Below are positions 23,753 through 35,941 of a DNA stretch of 64,000 bases, piece by piece. Under the pieces are notes generated by a model. The model searched no databases. It was not told the origin of the DNA and saw only the letters and a list, made by a program, of their open reading frames with translations. Within the stretch, counting starts at the first letter, position 1, and each line of letters opens with the position of its first letter. The position numbers and the translations under genes are program-made. The stretch is from Octopus sinensis (Eukaryota), in the NCBI RefSeq assembly GCF_006345805.1, contig NC_042998.1:101432001-101496000 (forward strand), read 5' to 3'.

Positions 23753-24701
23753 ATATATATATATATATATAGCAAATGAAAGACGGAAGATGTGACCGTG
23801 CTTTACCAGTAAGCTACCTGATGTGAATCATTCGATTTACTATCCGTATATATATATATATCGAGAGAGAGAGGGGGGAAGAAAGAAAGAAAAAGAGAGG
23901 GAGAAGCAGAAGGTTAAATAATGAAGGCTGAAGTTATGGAGCTGAATAATTCGGAGAAGCGAAAGGAATATAATGTATAATATCCATAGAGCATTTCACA
24001 TATAGTGAAGAGTAGAATAAGCGCATTTGTGTACGATATACAATTTTCATGAACTTAGATAGAAGCTGATATTTCGGTAACATAAACGCCATAGTGAAAG
24101 CTCATAAACAATTAAAAAAAAGACAAGAAAAAAAAAAAACGAAGAGAAAGAGCACACTAAATTTATGATAATAGGATATATCCTTCGACCATCCATGATG
24201 TCTTTCTGTACGTAGGTATCATTGACATAAAATGTCCAAGCAGGTTTTCAATCAGAAAATTCTGTCAAAAACGGATGAGGACTACTTGTCAGGCCTTTAG
24301 TTTAAATGATGATTTATCTTTTGCAAATACGGGTGAAATACAGCAGTTCAGTTTTCTTGTTTTCACTCACCCCTATGCTGTTATTCTGTAACTAACAATA
24401 CTGTCTTCCTTCCTTTCAAATCACGTTTTCTGTTTTCTATCTCTTCGATGCTTCGAGGCAACAGGGTGTTTTGTTTTCATATGTGTCTCCCCCGATTTCG
24501 CTATTTGTAAAGTGTATCGAATTTTTCATTACTACACCGAAGAATCTTGAAAGAAGAAAACTCCAGAAAACTTGTCATTTGTTAAAATATTTAGCTCTCA
24601 TATATTAATATATATTCTGCCACATTAGAACTAATATCATGCCTCTTACGATTTGTGATTTTTTTCATCCAACGATTAAGCCCCTCCTGACCTAATACAC
24701 A

Positions 24702-24732
<31 letters not shown>

Positions 24733-25272
24733 ACATTAAATGCATAAATTCAGACCGAGATGGGGAGAGAGATAGTGACAAAGAAGAAAGAGGAAGAGAG
24801 AGAAGAAAACTATACCTCAAAGTTGTGTTCTGCATCATACACGGTATAATACAATATACGGATGAGTGCGATATACGGGCGTAATACAGTGACGGGAAAA
24901 TCTGCAAACACTTATGTATGTATAAGTGTGTGCGCGCGTGTGTGCGTGTGCGCGTGTCTGTGTGTGTTTTGCTAACTGAAGTTGTTTCCTCATACCAAAC
25001 GTGTTCGTGCGAGTGCTCTAAGTCAACAAGTGTACGCAAAGGTCATTCTAAATCATGGTGCACATAAACATATCTATAAATAAATACACACATACACTCA
25101 CACACATATATATACACACCTTCATATATATATATATATATATATAAATATTAAGACAAAGAGATAGAGACATACACAGTATATACATACATGCATATAT
25201 ATATGTACATACGTATATACATATAATATATTCATAGATATATATATACATGCACATATACAGTATATATAT

Positions 25273-28200
25273 ATAATAATGTTCGTCCTTCGGTTCGAAG
25301 ATGACCAACTGACATCATCTGATGGAACTGCCGCCATGAGACCGGAGGTGGCTGGTGAGGCCAATCCGGGCAAGGAAGCCCCTCCCACAGGTGGGGCAGA
25401 AGTGGGTAGGGGCAGTGCTACTGGTGCAGGCGGCTCTGACTTTACGCATCTGACGTTTCTGCTCCGCTGACCGAATCCGTCCCTCCTCGGCTGTCCCTGC
25501 TCCCACGGTGATTGCGCTGCGCCAGGATGAGCGGTTGGCAGCAAGTGTCTCCCAGGTCTCTGTTCCGATGGAGAAGTCTTTGAGAGAGACCTTGAGACTA
25601 TCCTTGTAGCGCTTTTTCTGCCCTCCGACTTTGCGCCTGCCCTGGCCGAGTTCACCGTAGAAGAGCTGTTTTGGGATGCGAGTGTCGGACATGCGGGAGA
25701 CGTGGCCCGCCCATCTCAGCTGGGCCTTGCGCATGATTGTGATGGTGCTAGGGAGATCTGCCTGCTTCAGAACTTCCGTGTCTGGGACTTTGTCCTGCCA
25801 GCGGATGTGAAGGAGATTCCGAAGACACCTGAGATGGAAGTGGTTTATCTGGCGCTCGTGCCTTCGGTAAGCAGTCCACGTCTCGCAGCCGTATAGTAGA
25901 GTGGTAAGCACGACTGCCCGGTAGACTTTCAGCTTGGTGTTGAGGCTGATTCCTCTCCGCTCCCAGACTTTCTTTCGCAGTCTCCCAAATGCGCTGCTTG
26001 CCTTGGAGATTCTGTTGATGGTTTCAGCATCTATGTTGGCATTGCAGGAGAGAGTGCTGCCCAGGTAGGTGAAGTTTTCCACCACTCGTAAGATCCGTCC
26101 GTTCACCCTTATCTGAGGCTCATGGTATTGTTTGCCGGGGGCTGGCTGAAACATCACTTCGGTTTTCTTTGCACTGATGGTGAGACCGAAGTTGTCACAG
26201 GCTGATGAGAACCTGTCCATCTCGAGCTGCATCTCCTGCTCATCGATTGCATTAAGGGCGCAGTCGTCAGCAAAGAGAAAGTCTCTGACGACTGTCTCCC
26301 TCACCTTTGTGACAGCCTGCAATCTCCTGGAGTTGAAAAGTTTCCCGTCTGTCCTGTACTTGATGTTGATACCGGACTTGCAGTCCCTAAAGGCGTCGGA
26401 CATCATTGCCGAGAACATGATGCTGAACAGTGTTGGGGCCAGGACACAGCCCTGCCTGACTCCGTTGGTCACCTGGAAGGCTTCAGATGAGTCGCCGTCC
26501 TCAAGGATTCTGGCTGTCATTCCGTCGTGGAACTGGCGGACAATTGCAATAAATTTGCTGGGGCAACCAAATTTTCCCATGACCTTCCATAGTCCCTCCC
26601 GACTGACTGTATCAAAGGCCTTGGTGAGGTCAACAAAGGTCATGCAGAGGTCAAGGTGCTGCTCCATGCATTTCTCCTGGAGCTGGCGGGCGGCGAATAT
26701 CATGTCAGTGGTCCCGCGACCCGCACGGAAGCCACACTGGCTCTCAGGGAGAAGGCCTTGCTCCAAGTGTTCCAGAAGGCGGTCAAGCAGGACCCGGGCC
26801 AGGATCTTGCCTGCTATGGACAAGAGGGAAATACCTCGGTGGTTGTCGCAGGACTGCCGATCTCCTTTCCGCTTATAAATGTGGACGATTGTTGCATCCC
26901 GGAAATCTTGAGGGAGTTGTTCCCTGTCCCACATCGACTGGAACAGGTTGGTGAGCTGACTGATCATGGTGGGGCCTCCCGACTTGAACACCTCTGCAGG
27001 GATGGCGTCAGAGCCTGGAGCTTTGCCGGTGGACATTTTTTTGATGGCTCTGCTCACTTCCCCGACTGCAGGGGGAACAGCCAACTCGTGGTTTGTCGGC
27101 ACCTGGGGGAGTCGTGCGATGGCTTCCTCGTTGATCTGGGCTGGTCGGTTGAGCACGATGTTGAAGTGCTCCGCCCATCTCTCCAGGATCAGCCTCTTGT
27201 TAGTCAGGAGTGAGGTTCCATCTGAGCTGAGCAGGGGCGTTGATCCAAAGGAGAACTGCGGTCCATAGACAGCTTTCAGCGCCTCGTAGAATTTCTTGGT
27301 GTCGTGTTTGTCTGCGTATCCCTGAATCTCATCCGCCTTGGCGCTTAACCATGCATCTTGCATGAGGCGGAGTTTAGCCTGGACTGTGCTGCGAATGTTG
27401 TTGAAAGCGGCCTTCTTTGCCGTGCAGGTGGTGTCATTTTGGTGAGCCCGCAGCAGACGGCGTTTCTCTTCCAGGAGCTTTTGGATTTCCTGGTCGTTTT
27501 CGTCGAACCAGTCCTGGTGGTTCCTCGTAATTTGGCCCAGAGTTTCAAGGGCGATGGAATGAACCGTGTCCCTGAATGATTCCCACTGCTCATCGATGCT
27601 GGACTGGTCACTCCGAATGTCCAACAGCTTACTGTCCATACGTGACTGGAGATCTTGTGCAGTCAGCTGGTTCCCTAATTTCGTGATGTTAAGCTTCCTC
27701 GTCACTTTCTGACCCTGTGGTCTTCTCTTAGGTCGGATGTAGAAATCCATCCTGGAGATGATGAGGCGATGGTCCGTCCAGCAGTCAGCTCCGCACATGG
27801 CTTTGACCAGTCTCACGTCCCGCCTGTCTTTCGCCCTGACGATGACGTAATCTATCAGATGCCAGTGTTTGGAGCGTGGATGCATCCATGATGTCTTGTT
27901 GCGTGTTGGCAGACGGAACAAGGTGTTGGCGATGGTAAGATCATGAGAGGCACACGCACGCAGGAGGAGTTGTCCGTTGCTGTTGCACTTTCCGATTCCT
28001 TGCTTTCCCAGTACGCGATGCCAGGCTTGGTGGTCAGTCCCGACACGGGCGTTAAAATCCCCAAGGAGGATGAGCTTCCCAGGCTGAGCTGACGTGATGA
28101 GAGAGTCGAGTTCCTCATAGAACCTGTCCTTAACTTCTTCAGGGTTGGTCATGGTGGGGGCGTAAGCACTGATGATGGTCGCACTAGTCTTGTTTCCAAG

Positions 28201-29242
28201 TGGGAGCTGCATCTTCATCAGCCGATCGTTGATACCCTCGGGGGGGCTTTCCAGTTTCCGCACGTGTACTGACTTAATGGCAAAACCAACACCAGCCTCA
28301 CGACGCTCTTCGCTGCTGCGACCACTCCAAAAGAAAGTGTAGCCGCCGCCTGTCTCTGTCAGCTGGCCTTTGTCCGCAAGGTGGGTCTCGCTCAGTGCTG
28401 CAATATCGACACTGTATCGGCTCAGTTCTCTGGCCACCAGGGCAGTTCGTCTCTCTGGTCTGTCCGCTTTGGTGTTGTCAAGCAGAGTTCTCACGTTCCA
28501 AGTTGCGAAAGTGAGCACCTTTGTTTGTTTTCTTCTTTCTTTGTTTCGACCGCTTGGAAAGGATCCCCGCCAGCCGCGGTTTGCTGACCAGGGTGAGGTG
28601 AGGCAGGCTATGTTTAGGGCAACCTTTTCTAGCCCCGTCCTCATGCTGGGGAGGCGAGCAGAGCGATCCTGAAGAGGGCTGCTCGGTCACTCAGGAGGCT
28701 GCCGGACTCCACTGCTGCCTCAGTTCAGTGAGGGGCGACCACATGTCCTGAGCCGCCTGTGTGTGGGTTCACGACTGCAGCTCCCAGTGTATCCTCACCT
28801 GCTACTTCGCCGTTTCCCCATCGCCACAGGACTTTGGGATGGTGTCATGGCGTCATGATGTCGTGACATGCGCGTGACTTGGATTATAGTGAGGGTGACT
28901 TGCGCAGGATCAGCCTCACTCTCTCGTCCTGGTGCGCCGGATCCAGTGGCAAGACAAAGTCAAGACGACTGGGGGTAGACCAAGATGCAGGAGCTGCCGG
29001 AAGGTGGCACGCATGGCGCAATCCAACCGCCTTAGGGGCTCCACTCCGGATTTTGGATGGCCATTGACTCATGAGAGAGTTCCTCTGCCCTTTGACAGGT
29101 TTTGTTTTTAGTCCTGCTGGGTGTCCAAATCACCCTCCTCACCAGGAAATCTTGGTGGGGTTGCCAGTTTAGTCGCCAACGACCCGACCATGTAACAGGT
29201 TGTACTGGGTTACATGTTACCAGTAGCTCCAAGCGGAGACCT
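25273..29242 (-). mobile_element. Full-length RTE-clade non-LTR retrotransposon (LINE), apparently intact
   Basis: ~600-nt 5' UTR; single long ORF; short 3' UTR ending GAAGGACGAAC-ATTATTATA; inserted in an (AT)n tract; GC content well above the flanks. Confidence 0.95.
25315..28644 (-). CDS. RTE-type APE endonuclease / reverse transcriptase polyprotein with C-terminal C2H2-like zinc finger (1109 aa)
   Basis: APE motifs TWNVRTL, ALSET, LGDFNARVG, IDYVIV, TDHRL. RT motifs QCGFR, FVDLTKAFDTV, GVRQGCVLAPTLF, LFADD. C-terminal CPTC..GLTSHLRSH. No internal stops. Confidence 0.96.
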   Translation of the reverse strand: MRTGLEKVALNIACLTSPWSANRGWRGSFPSGRNKERRKQTKVLTFATWNVRTLLDNTKADRPERRTALVARELSRYSVDIAALSETHLADKGQLTETGGGYTFFWSGRSSEERREAGVGFAIKSVHVRKLESPPEGINDRLMKMQLPLGNKTSATIISAYAPTMTNPEEVKDRFYEELDSLITSAQPGKLILLGDFNARVGTDHQAWHRVLGKQGIGKCNSNGQLLLRACASHDLTIANTLFRLPTRNKTSWMHPRSKHWHLIDYVIVRAKDRRDVRLVKAMCGADCWTDHRLIISRMDFYIRPKRRPQGQKVTRKLNITKLGNQLTAQDLQSRMDSKLLDIRSDQSSIDEQWESFRDTVHSIALETLGQITRNHQDWFDENDQEIQKLLEEKRRLLRAHQNDTTCTAKKAAFNNIRSTVQAKLRLMQDAWLSAKADEIQGYADKHDTKKFYEALKAVYGPQFSFGSTPLLSSDGTSLLTNKRLILERWAEHFNIVLNRPAQINEEAIARLPQVPTNHELAVPPAVGEVSRAIKKMSTGKAPGSDAIPAEVFKSGGPTMISQLTNLFQSMWDREQLPQDFRDATIVHIYKRKGDRQSCDNHRGISLLSIAGKILARVLLDRLLEHLEQGLLPESQCGFRAGRGTTDMIFAARQLQEKCMEQHLDLCMTFVDLTKAFDTVSREGLWKVMGKFGCPSKFIAIVRQFHDGMTARILEDGDSSEAFQVTNGVRQGCVLAPTLFSIMFSAMMSDAFRDCKSGINIKYRTDGKLFNSRRLQAVTKVRETVVRDFLFADDCALNAIDEQEMQLEMDRFSSACDNFGLTISAKKTEVMFQPAPGKQYHEPQIRVNGRILRVVENFTYLGSTLSCNANIDAETINRISKASSAFGRLRKKVWERRGISLNTKLKVYRAVVLTTLLYGCETWTAYRRHERQINHFHLRCLRNLLHIRWQDKVPDTEVLKQADLPSTITIMRKAQLRWAGHVSRMSDTRIPKQLFYGELGQGRRKVGGQKKRYKDSLKVSLKDFSIGTETWETLAANRSSWRSAITVGAGTAEEGRIRSAEQKRQMRKVRAACTSSTAPTHFCPTCGRGFLARIGLTSHLRSHGGSSIR

Positions 29243-32200
29243 TTATATATATATAAAGACACGCACACACGCCCACGTGCATACGCACATATATGCATAT
29301 GTATGGGCATATCACTATTTCATTATATACATGTATGTTTATATGTTTGCGCATATGTACATGTGCCCATGTATATGTGTATATATATAATCGTCTGCTG
29401 GCATGTATAGACAAACACAGCCTCTGAAAAACGCAACAATAGAAGCTTCAAGTTAAGATAGAAGGAAGAATATTAGAAAGTGAGATAAAAGATTCAAAAC
29501 ATTTTCTTAGAATCTCTTAAAAGAGAAATTGTTTTAATGGAAAGAAACTGCGGAATTAATACGACAAACAGATTTCATTCTCTAGTTAATCGTTAATCTA
29601 GGCTTTTGTGGAAGTTCCACTCTTGTACAGTGATTCTATGATTCTATTTACGGTTGATTGAAACTGCTTTTAAAGATAAATTCATGAACCATAGAGAACA
29701 TTTTGCAAAATCTAGCGAAAATATTTCGATGTGTTGTACACTAGAAGTTTAACCACTTCAGTAGATTAAGCTATAAGATCTAGAATTTGCTGATCAAATA
29801 ATTTGAAGGATTGAACCTCTAGTCTCTCACTTAATAGTATTGTAGATATTATCGATTCTTTGACTGGTAACAAAGTACTAAATTCCGGTATTGGGCGGTG
29901 GAGGTTCATGAACATTAATGGCGTGAATGAAAAATAAATGTGTGTAACTAGGAGATTATCTGTTGCTTTACAGGAGCATGATCAGAGGAAAAGAGAAAAA
30001 ACAACAGAGAAGGGAATAGAGAAAAGAAGACAGAGAAAGAGTGGAAAAGAGAAAGAGAGTAAAGAGAAACGCAAAATAAAAGAGTTGATACATAGAATGA
30101 GAGATTTGAAAAGATTAATTTTACTATTTCGTTCGATGTTGCAGTTGCAAAGGTCATAGTTAAACCACACCCTTACGATCTCTCGCCAACTGGTGACGTC
30201 AATGCAGTTTATGTGCAGACGATCATGATCTAAGACAGGCAACTAAACTTATGATGTATATATAGTATGTGTTATATTCAATCTCACATGCGGCCCAGAA
30301 ACCTAGATAATTCCTGATTGATACCTCTGTAAGCTAGAAATATACCAACAGAGAAAAAATATCTTAGGAAAATCATATATATCGAGTAAGAGAGCAGGTG
30401 GAACCCTCTGCATGTTCATGAAACTATGATTACGTGACAATAGTTACGATACGCTGGTCATATCGTGCAATATCAGATTATCGCTTGCTAAAACAATCGT
30501 TCAACTTCCAGCTGGATGAAGACAAGTGCACGCGAGCAAGACAAAGGAAACGGTTCAGTTACGTATTTATTGGAAATCTGAGATCTTCTGGCATCAATGA
30601 ATACATAAAGCTATTTTGTATGCATATGGGTTAACCCATTTTTGAGCCAACACATTTGGCATGAGTGCATAGTCTGTTGGTTACAATTAATGTTTAGGAT
30701 GATAAAGAATTGGGAAAAGCTTTTTGTATATAAGTATGTTAAGCCGAAAGTTCGAAAGGTTAGTAGGCAATCAACTAAAATCTTAGTGGTCAAGAATATG
30801 GCAACATTACTGAGAACCAAGTCTTTGTTTACATTAAAGTCAGCTCGAAATCGAACAGACCCGGGCCTGCATTATCCAATGCAAAATATTTTTGTAAGTT
30901 AGAGGAGATTTCTTTGTTATTTCTAACAGATTGAATAACTATGCATAGGTTCTATTTCTTATGCCATATTCATAGCAAAAGTGCTTATGTTTCAAAAGTA
31001 GATATAAGTCTTTGAGTGGCAGCAAGGACTTCATTAGCGTATAGTCCTGAGTTTAATTCCTTCGGTGTAGTGAGACACCATTAATAAAATGGTATCCTAT
31101 ACGTAGGAACATCTACTTAGTACTATAAAACGAGGGGAATAAACCTTCCCTATATATGCTGAATTAAGTTGATCTTTTAAAAATAATATAATAAACAATA
31201 TTAAACATAAATATATTATTGTGTACCAAATTGTAATATATCTAATAATCTAATTACGCAGACCACTTTGATGAGATTTTAGTTGACATATTTAATCGAA
31301 ATATGTACAAATATATAAGGTTAAATACTCTGAATCTAAGAATAGTCTCAGGTGTTTTGGTGATATAAATAAATTAGGAGAAATAAAACGAACACGAAAG
31401 AATGACTTAATGTGACACACATTAAGTTGCAAATATATCAACGATAAAATGACATGTATGTTAATGTAACACAGTTACTAATTTCCTTCTCCAATCCTTT
31501 GGTGAATTGAAAAAATACAACTCTGAATTTAACAATTAAAGGGACACTTACTTTAGCTAATGCGTTTCGTTAATTGTGTATCTTAAAAATAAATTATATC
31601 TGAACAAAATGGCAATGAAATCACTCTCAAATAAAATCTTATCGTCTTAGAAAGGAAGATATTTGAAAATACGGTCCTTAAACGCTATATCTGAAGTGAA
31701 GAAATGATCAAAGCTTAAACTCATTGATCAAAGTTTACAAACCAGGCTAGACCTAAGCTAAACCGAAACAATAAAATATGGCACACGAAACAGTTAATAT
31801 GTAAACTGGTGTAGCAGTCTTATCTGAATAACTTCTTACTCTTTAAATTAATGGAATCAAACGTGTAAACATGAAAAGCATATTCAAATGGGTCGCTGAG
31901 TTTGGTTTCGATATTCTAAACTAGAATTGTATGGCTTTCATTAAAGAAGAACCAAGCAATACTAAGTCATGGACTTAATCATTTTCAGTATATTCTTGGA
32001 AGTTGTTAACCATATGAGTATGTACAATGTAATATTTACACATATATACAGAATCAATAGGGGTTACATTATATATTATACCTTTATCTATAGTGCATCT
32101 ATTTGATGTGCTCACGGTATAATTTATTTCAATAAAGACTAGTTTACATTTATGTATTCAGAATCACTTGTCGTATTCACAGTCATGTGTTCTGTGTCTC

Positions 32201-32603
32201 ATCCAGTAACGTCTCCCGCATGCATAGATCATAACATGAAACTCAAGCATCTGCTATGTCAAAATATATTTAGTAATGGTGTTCGCCTGTCACATAAAGA
32301 AGATTATTGATTGACTGAAATGAAATATTTTCGTTTTCTTTATCTCGTTTGAAAAACAAACAGACTTGATTATGAAAATAGGCAATATAGAGCAAACTGA
32401 AGATAAACAATGCAGCATATTACAATAAATATGGTAGTTCACAAGTGAATGTCAGAAATCAATTAATTTATCAGTTCATGCCAGCCACGTTTATATAGCA
32501 AAACGTAAAGAGATTTTGCGCTATTTTTTGGCAATTATACTTATATCCCAAATACTTCTGGATATCTTGCATGACGATATTCGTTTCTGAAAAAGCTCAA
32601 AAA

Positions 32604-32638
<35 letters not shown>

Positions 32639-32669
32639 GCATATAGACACACATACACATATATCATTT

Positions 32670-32852
32670 AAAGGTCGCAATATATGTCTTTAAGTGCTAA
32701 TAGTTTCATATGTTGAGAAATATCGCGAACATATGCATCAGACACAAACCACAGTATTTTATGATATGTGGCTTGTGCTTGATGAATAGTCTGACGTATA
32801 TCTCAACATATGAAACGATTAGTAGCACTTAAAGTCATGTATTGTGTCCTTT
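32670..32852. repeat. Older imperfect palindrome containing an HHR-like core
   Basis: CTTTAAGTGCTAATAGTTTCATATGTTGAGA pairs with TCTCAACATATGAAACGATTAGTAGCACTTAAAG; inner CATCAGACACAAACCACA pairs with TGTGGCTTGTGCTTGATG. CTGACGT..GAAAC at 32791-32816. Confidence 0.75.
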
Positions 32853-35429
32853 ATATAATAATATTTGTCTCTCACCAGATGGAGTAAATTTTTTGTTGAA
32901 TTTTCTATCACGGAACAGTTCATTATATATATATATATATGTGTGTGTGTGTATGTATGTGTGTGTGTTTCCTACTTTTAAATGTTTGAATCTTTGAAGG
33001 GTCAGCAATAGAAAACACCGTGTTTATATTAGTTTTCAGTTAACTTTCAATTTAATAGTCTGTTTGGTTTCTGCATTTACCACTTAAATATATTTGTGAG
33101 CTATGAAATATATCTAACGGATTACAATTACTTTATATAAATACGTATATGAACACACCGAGGAGCATATGCTTAGTCGATCGACTAACCTTGCACAAAC
33201 AATATTCAACTGTCTTAATGAGGGAAAGTACACATATTATGATATTGCTTAATACTAACAAAGAGATGTATCCACCATGGCTAGAACCATTTTGGTCATA
33301 GAGTGCTCCCTTATAATCTAGGGTTAAACAATAGCAATGTTACATATATAGAAACATAAATTAGACAAGCGTATTCTTAGAATTCATAAAATCATTATTT
33401 TAACTTTGTTTTCTTTAATTTCTATATATTGTTATAAAAAAAGTTATCTGAAACATTTCCCCACCTCATATTATTTTACAGTCATATATTTTATAGGATT
33501 TAATCTCTGACGTTTTGATAACAAATTTTCAATGAAGTGTAAGATATTATTTTTTGATATAAAACAAGGCAAAACAAAACTATTGATTAATTTCTAAAAT
33601 GTCAGCAAGCCAGATTTAGATTCAAATATTTCAAATTGAAATCCAATTTTAAAAGACATTTTCAAAAGATGTTTGGCCTTACAACCGCTCAATGAAGGAT
33701 ATATCTTTATCAAAACAAACGTCAACGTTCTGCTTTATACGATACATATATAGATAAATGGAACTACAAAATGGATTTCTTTATGACATAAATCTGGACT
33801 GAAGACATAACAACAATGAAAATGGCCAATGACCCTCTCCCTCCCTAACATTATTATTATTAGCTTTAATTCAATTCTCCAAATACAAAGGAAGATAAGT
33901 CAGTTAATGATGTTCAGTGACCTTTGTTAATAGTTACTAGAATTGTTTACCAATTGTATTGTTCGATTAGACAGGGAAAGAAGAAATGATTTATGTGCCA
34001 TAAAAAACAACACAGCTGTCACAATGATAATTTGTAATTTTCTTTAAGCAAGATGAAATACTCGGGGATAACGATGGTGATAAAGTGGATCAATATAATT
34101 TCCAGAGCCGTATTCTGAAGAAATTTTAAAGAATTAATTTACTTACTTTGAAAAATGTCTAAGGAACTATCTTGTCTTTTACTGAAATGCAAGGCGATAC
34201 GGTAATTGGACGAGATAAATTGGTTATCAGAAATTTAATGGTTCAGTGCCAATTCAGCGATGTATTTTAAAGAGATTCCAGACATACACATTAGTTAGAT
34301 TATACTATTTCCATAGAATAAGTAAAACTAATGTAGGTTTTCTGAATAAAAACCCATATTCTCTTCTTTTCGTTGTTATCGCCTAAATAGGTTTTGCAAG
34401 CTGGCTTAGTGGAGCATCAGAGTAAATGTGTTGTTGTACTTAGTCTCATTTCTCCACATTCATTGAAATTTGAAATCCTAATATTACTCTACGGAGATCA
34501 CTTGAATACAAAGTGTATTTTGAATTTGGTATTCTGCACCCGCTTGTTTGTAACCTGTTGCTGGCACATATTTGTATTCAACGACCTAGCCTTTATAGCC
34601 TTTTTCTAGCACCATCGACCAAGCTATAAACAAATACAATACAATTGTTTTATTCGACAGTAGGTAATGTTTGCGATGACAGAATTCACGAGAAATATTC
34701 TTCTTTGCAGTTCTGATTTGATCACTCATTCTACAATTTTCAATAAAAAAATTTCATCAATATAGTAGCTTAATTTATGATTCTCTCTTCAACTTAAATC
34801 TACAGAAAGAAACTAGAGATAAGTAACTATCCGGTTGAACTCGGACATTCTCGTAGATAAGGAAAATCGGTTGAAAAAATACATCTGGATAAATATCTTA
34901 CGTTCTATCCTGAGTGGCTGAAGCAGCTTGAGACTGAACTTAAAATCAATATCTACTTCACTAACTCTGCTGTCTACTTTGTTTTTCTTTTGTTAGTGGA
35001 CGCAAACAGGCTGTATTGTGAAGGCTGTACCGTTCTGTTGCAGCGATCATTCCTGTTCTCAGATCTCGTGTTCGGAGATTAACGTGTTTTCTCCCAACCA
35101 GTCACTGTGGTACGGAGAACGGTTCAAACATGGTGCTATTACTCCTTTGACAAAGGCTTTAGAGCAAATTATAGATTCAATTGATAAAATGTTTCTCTAT
35201 AAACGACGTAACTTTGTGTTTATGTTGTTGTTGTTCTTATTCTACATGTAGTTAGATCGTCATACGAAATACTTGGTGGTATTTGTTCCACTTCCTTACG
35301 TTCAGAGCTTAAATACCATAGACATCAACTTTTCCTTTCATCCTTCCGGCGTCGATAAAATGAAGTATTAGTAAAGTACTGCGACTAATCGTATCAGCCA
35401 ATTCCCTCTCTCGAATATTATTATTATTC

Positions 35430-35601
35430 GAGCAGGCAGAATCCTTAGCACGCCGGACTAAATGCTTTGAGGCATTTCGTCCGTTTTTACATTCTGATTT
35501 CAAATCCCGTCGAGGCCAACTTTGCCTTTCATCCATTCCGGGTTGATTTAATCAAGCTACCCCTCCCCCAAAATTCTTGGCCTTTTGCCAAAGTTTGAAA
35601 C
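35430..35601 (+). mobile_element. SINE family A (a partial copy also lies at ~35300-35390)
   Basis: GGCAGAATCCTTAGCACGCCGG..TTCTGATTTCAAATCCCGTCGAGGCCAACTTTGCCTTTCATCC. Confidence 0.75.
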
Positions 35602-35626
35602 TATTATTATTATTATTATTATTATT

Positions 35627-35659
<33 letters not shown>

Positions 35660-35685
35660 CTTCTTCTTCTTCTTCTTCTTCTTCT

Positions 35686-35731
<46 letters not shown>

Positions 35732-35792
35732 ATTATTATTATTATTATTATTATTATCATTATTATTAATAATACTGAGTAAGAGAGCAGTA
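35602..35792. repeat. Compound trinucleotide microsatellite (ATT)n(GTT)n(CTT)n(ATT)n
   Basis: Seen directly, at the SINE 3' end. Confidence 0.97.
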
Positions 35793-35941
35793 CATGTAAT
35801 CGAAGTGACACTGGGGCATAGATATACGAGGTCTAAAATACCCATCATGTCTTCCCGTCTGATGAAAGTACTCGAAACACATGCATCCTACAATGTGTGC
35901 ACGACATGATGACCTAAAATGAAAATGAAGAGCTCTCTTTA

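Noticed and set aside
26177-27268. Long plus-strand ORFs (233, 185 and 100 aa) and the 177-aa minus ORF at 25122-25655
   Set aside because: Antisense or alternative-frame shadows of the GC-rich RTE ORF.
30200-35000. Long AT-rich stretch without obvious repeats (similar stretches at 40-43 kb and 51-53 kb)
   Set aside because: No ORF, RNA-gene or TE signature that I can support; regulatory function cannot be inferred from sequence alone.
35855-35890. CTGATGA-AAGTACTC-GAAAC HHR-like string
   Set aside because: No valid NUH triplet or stem I pairing.
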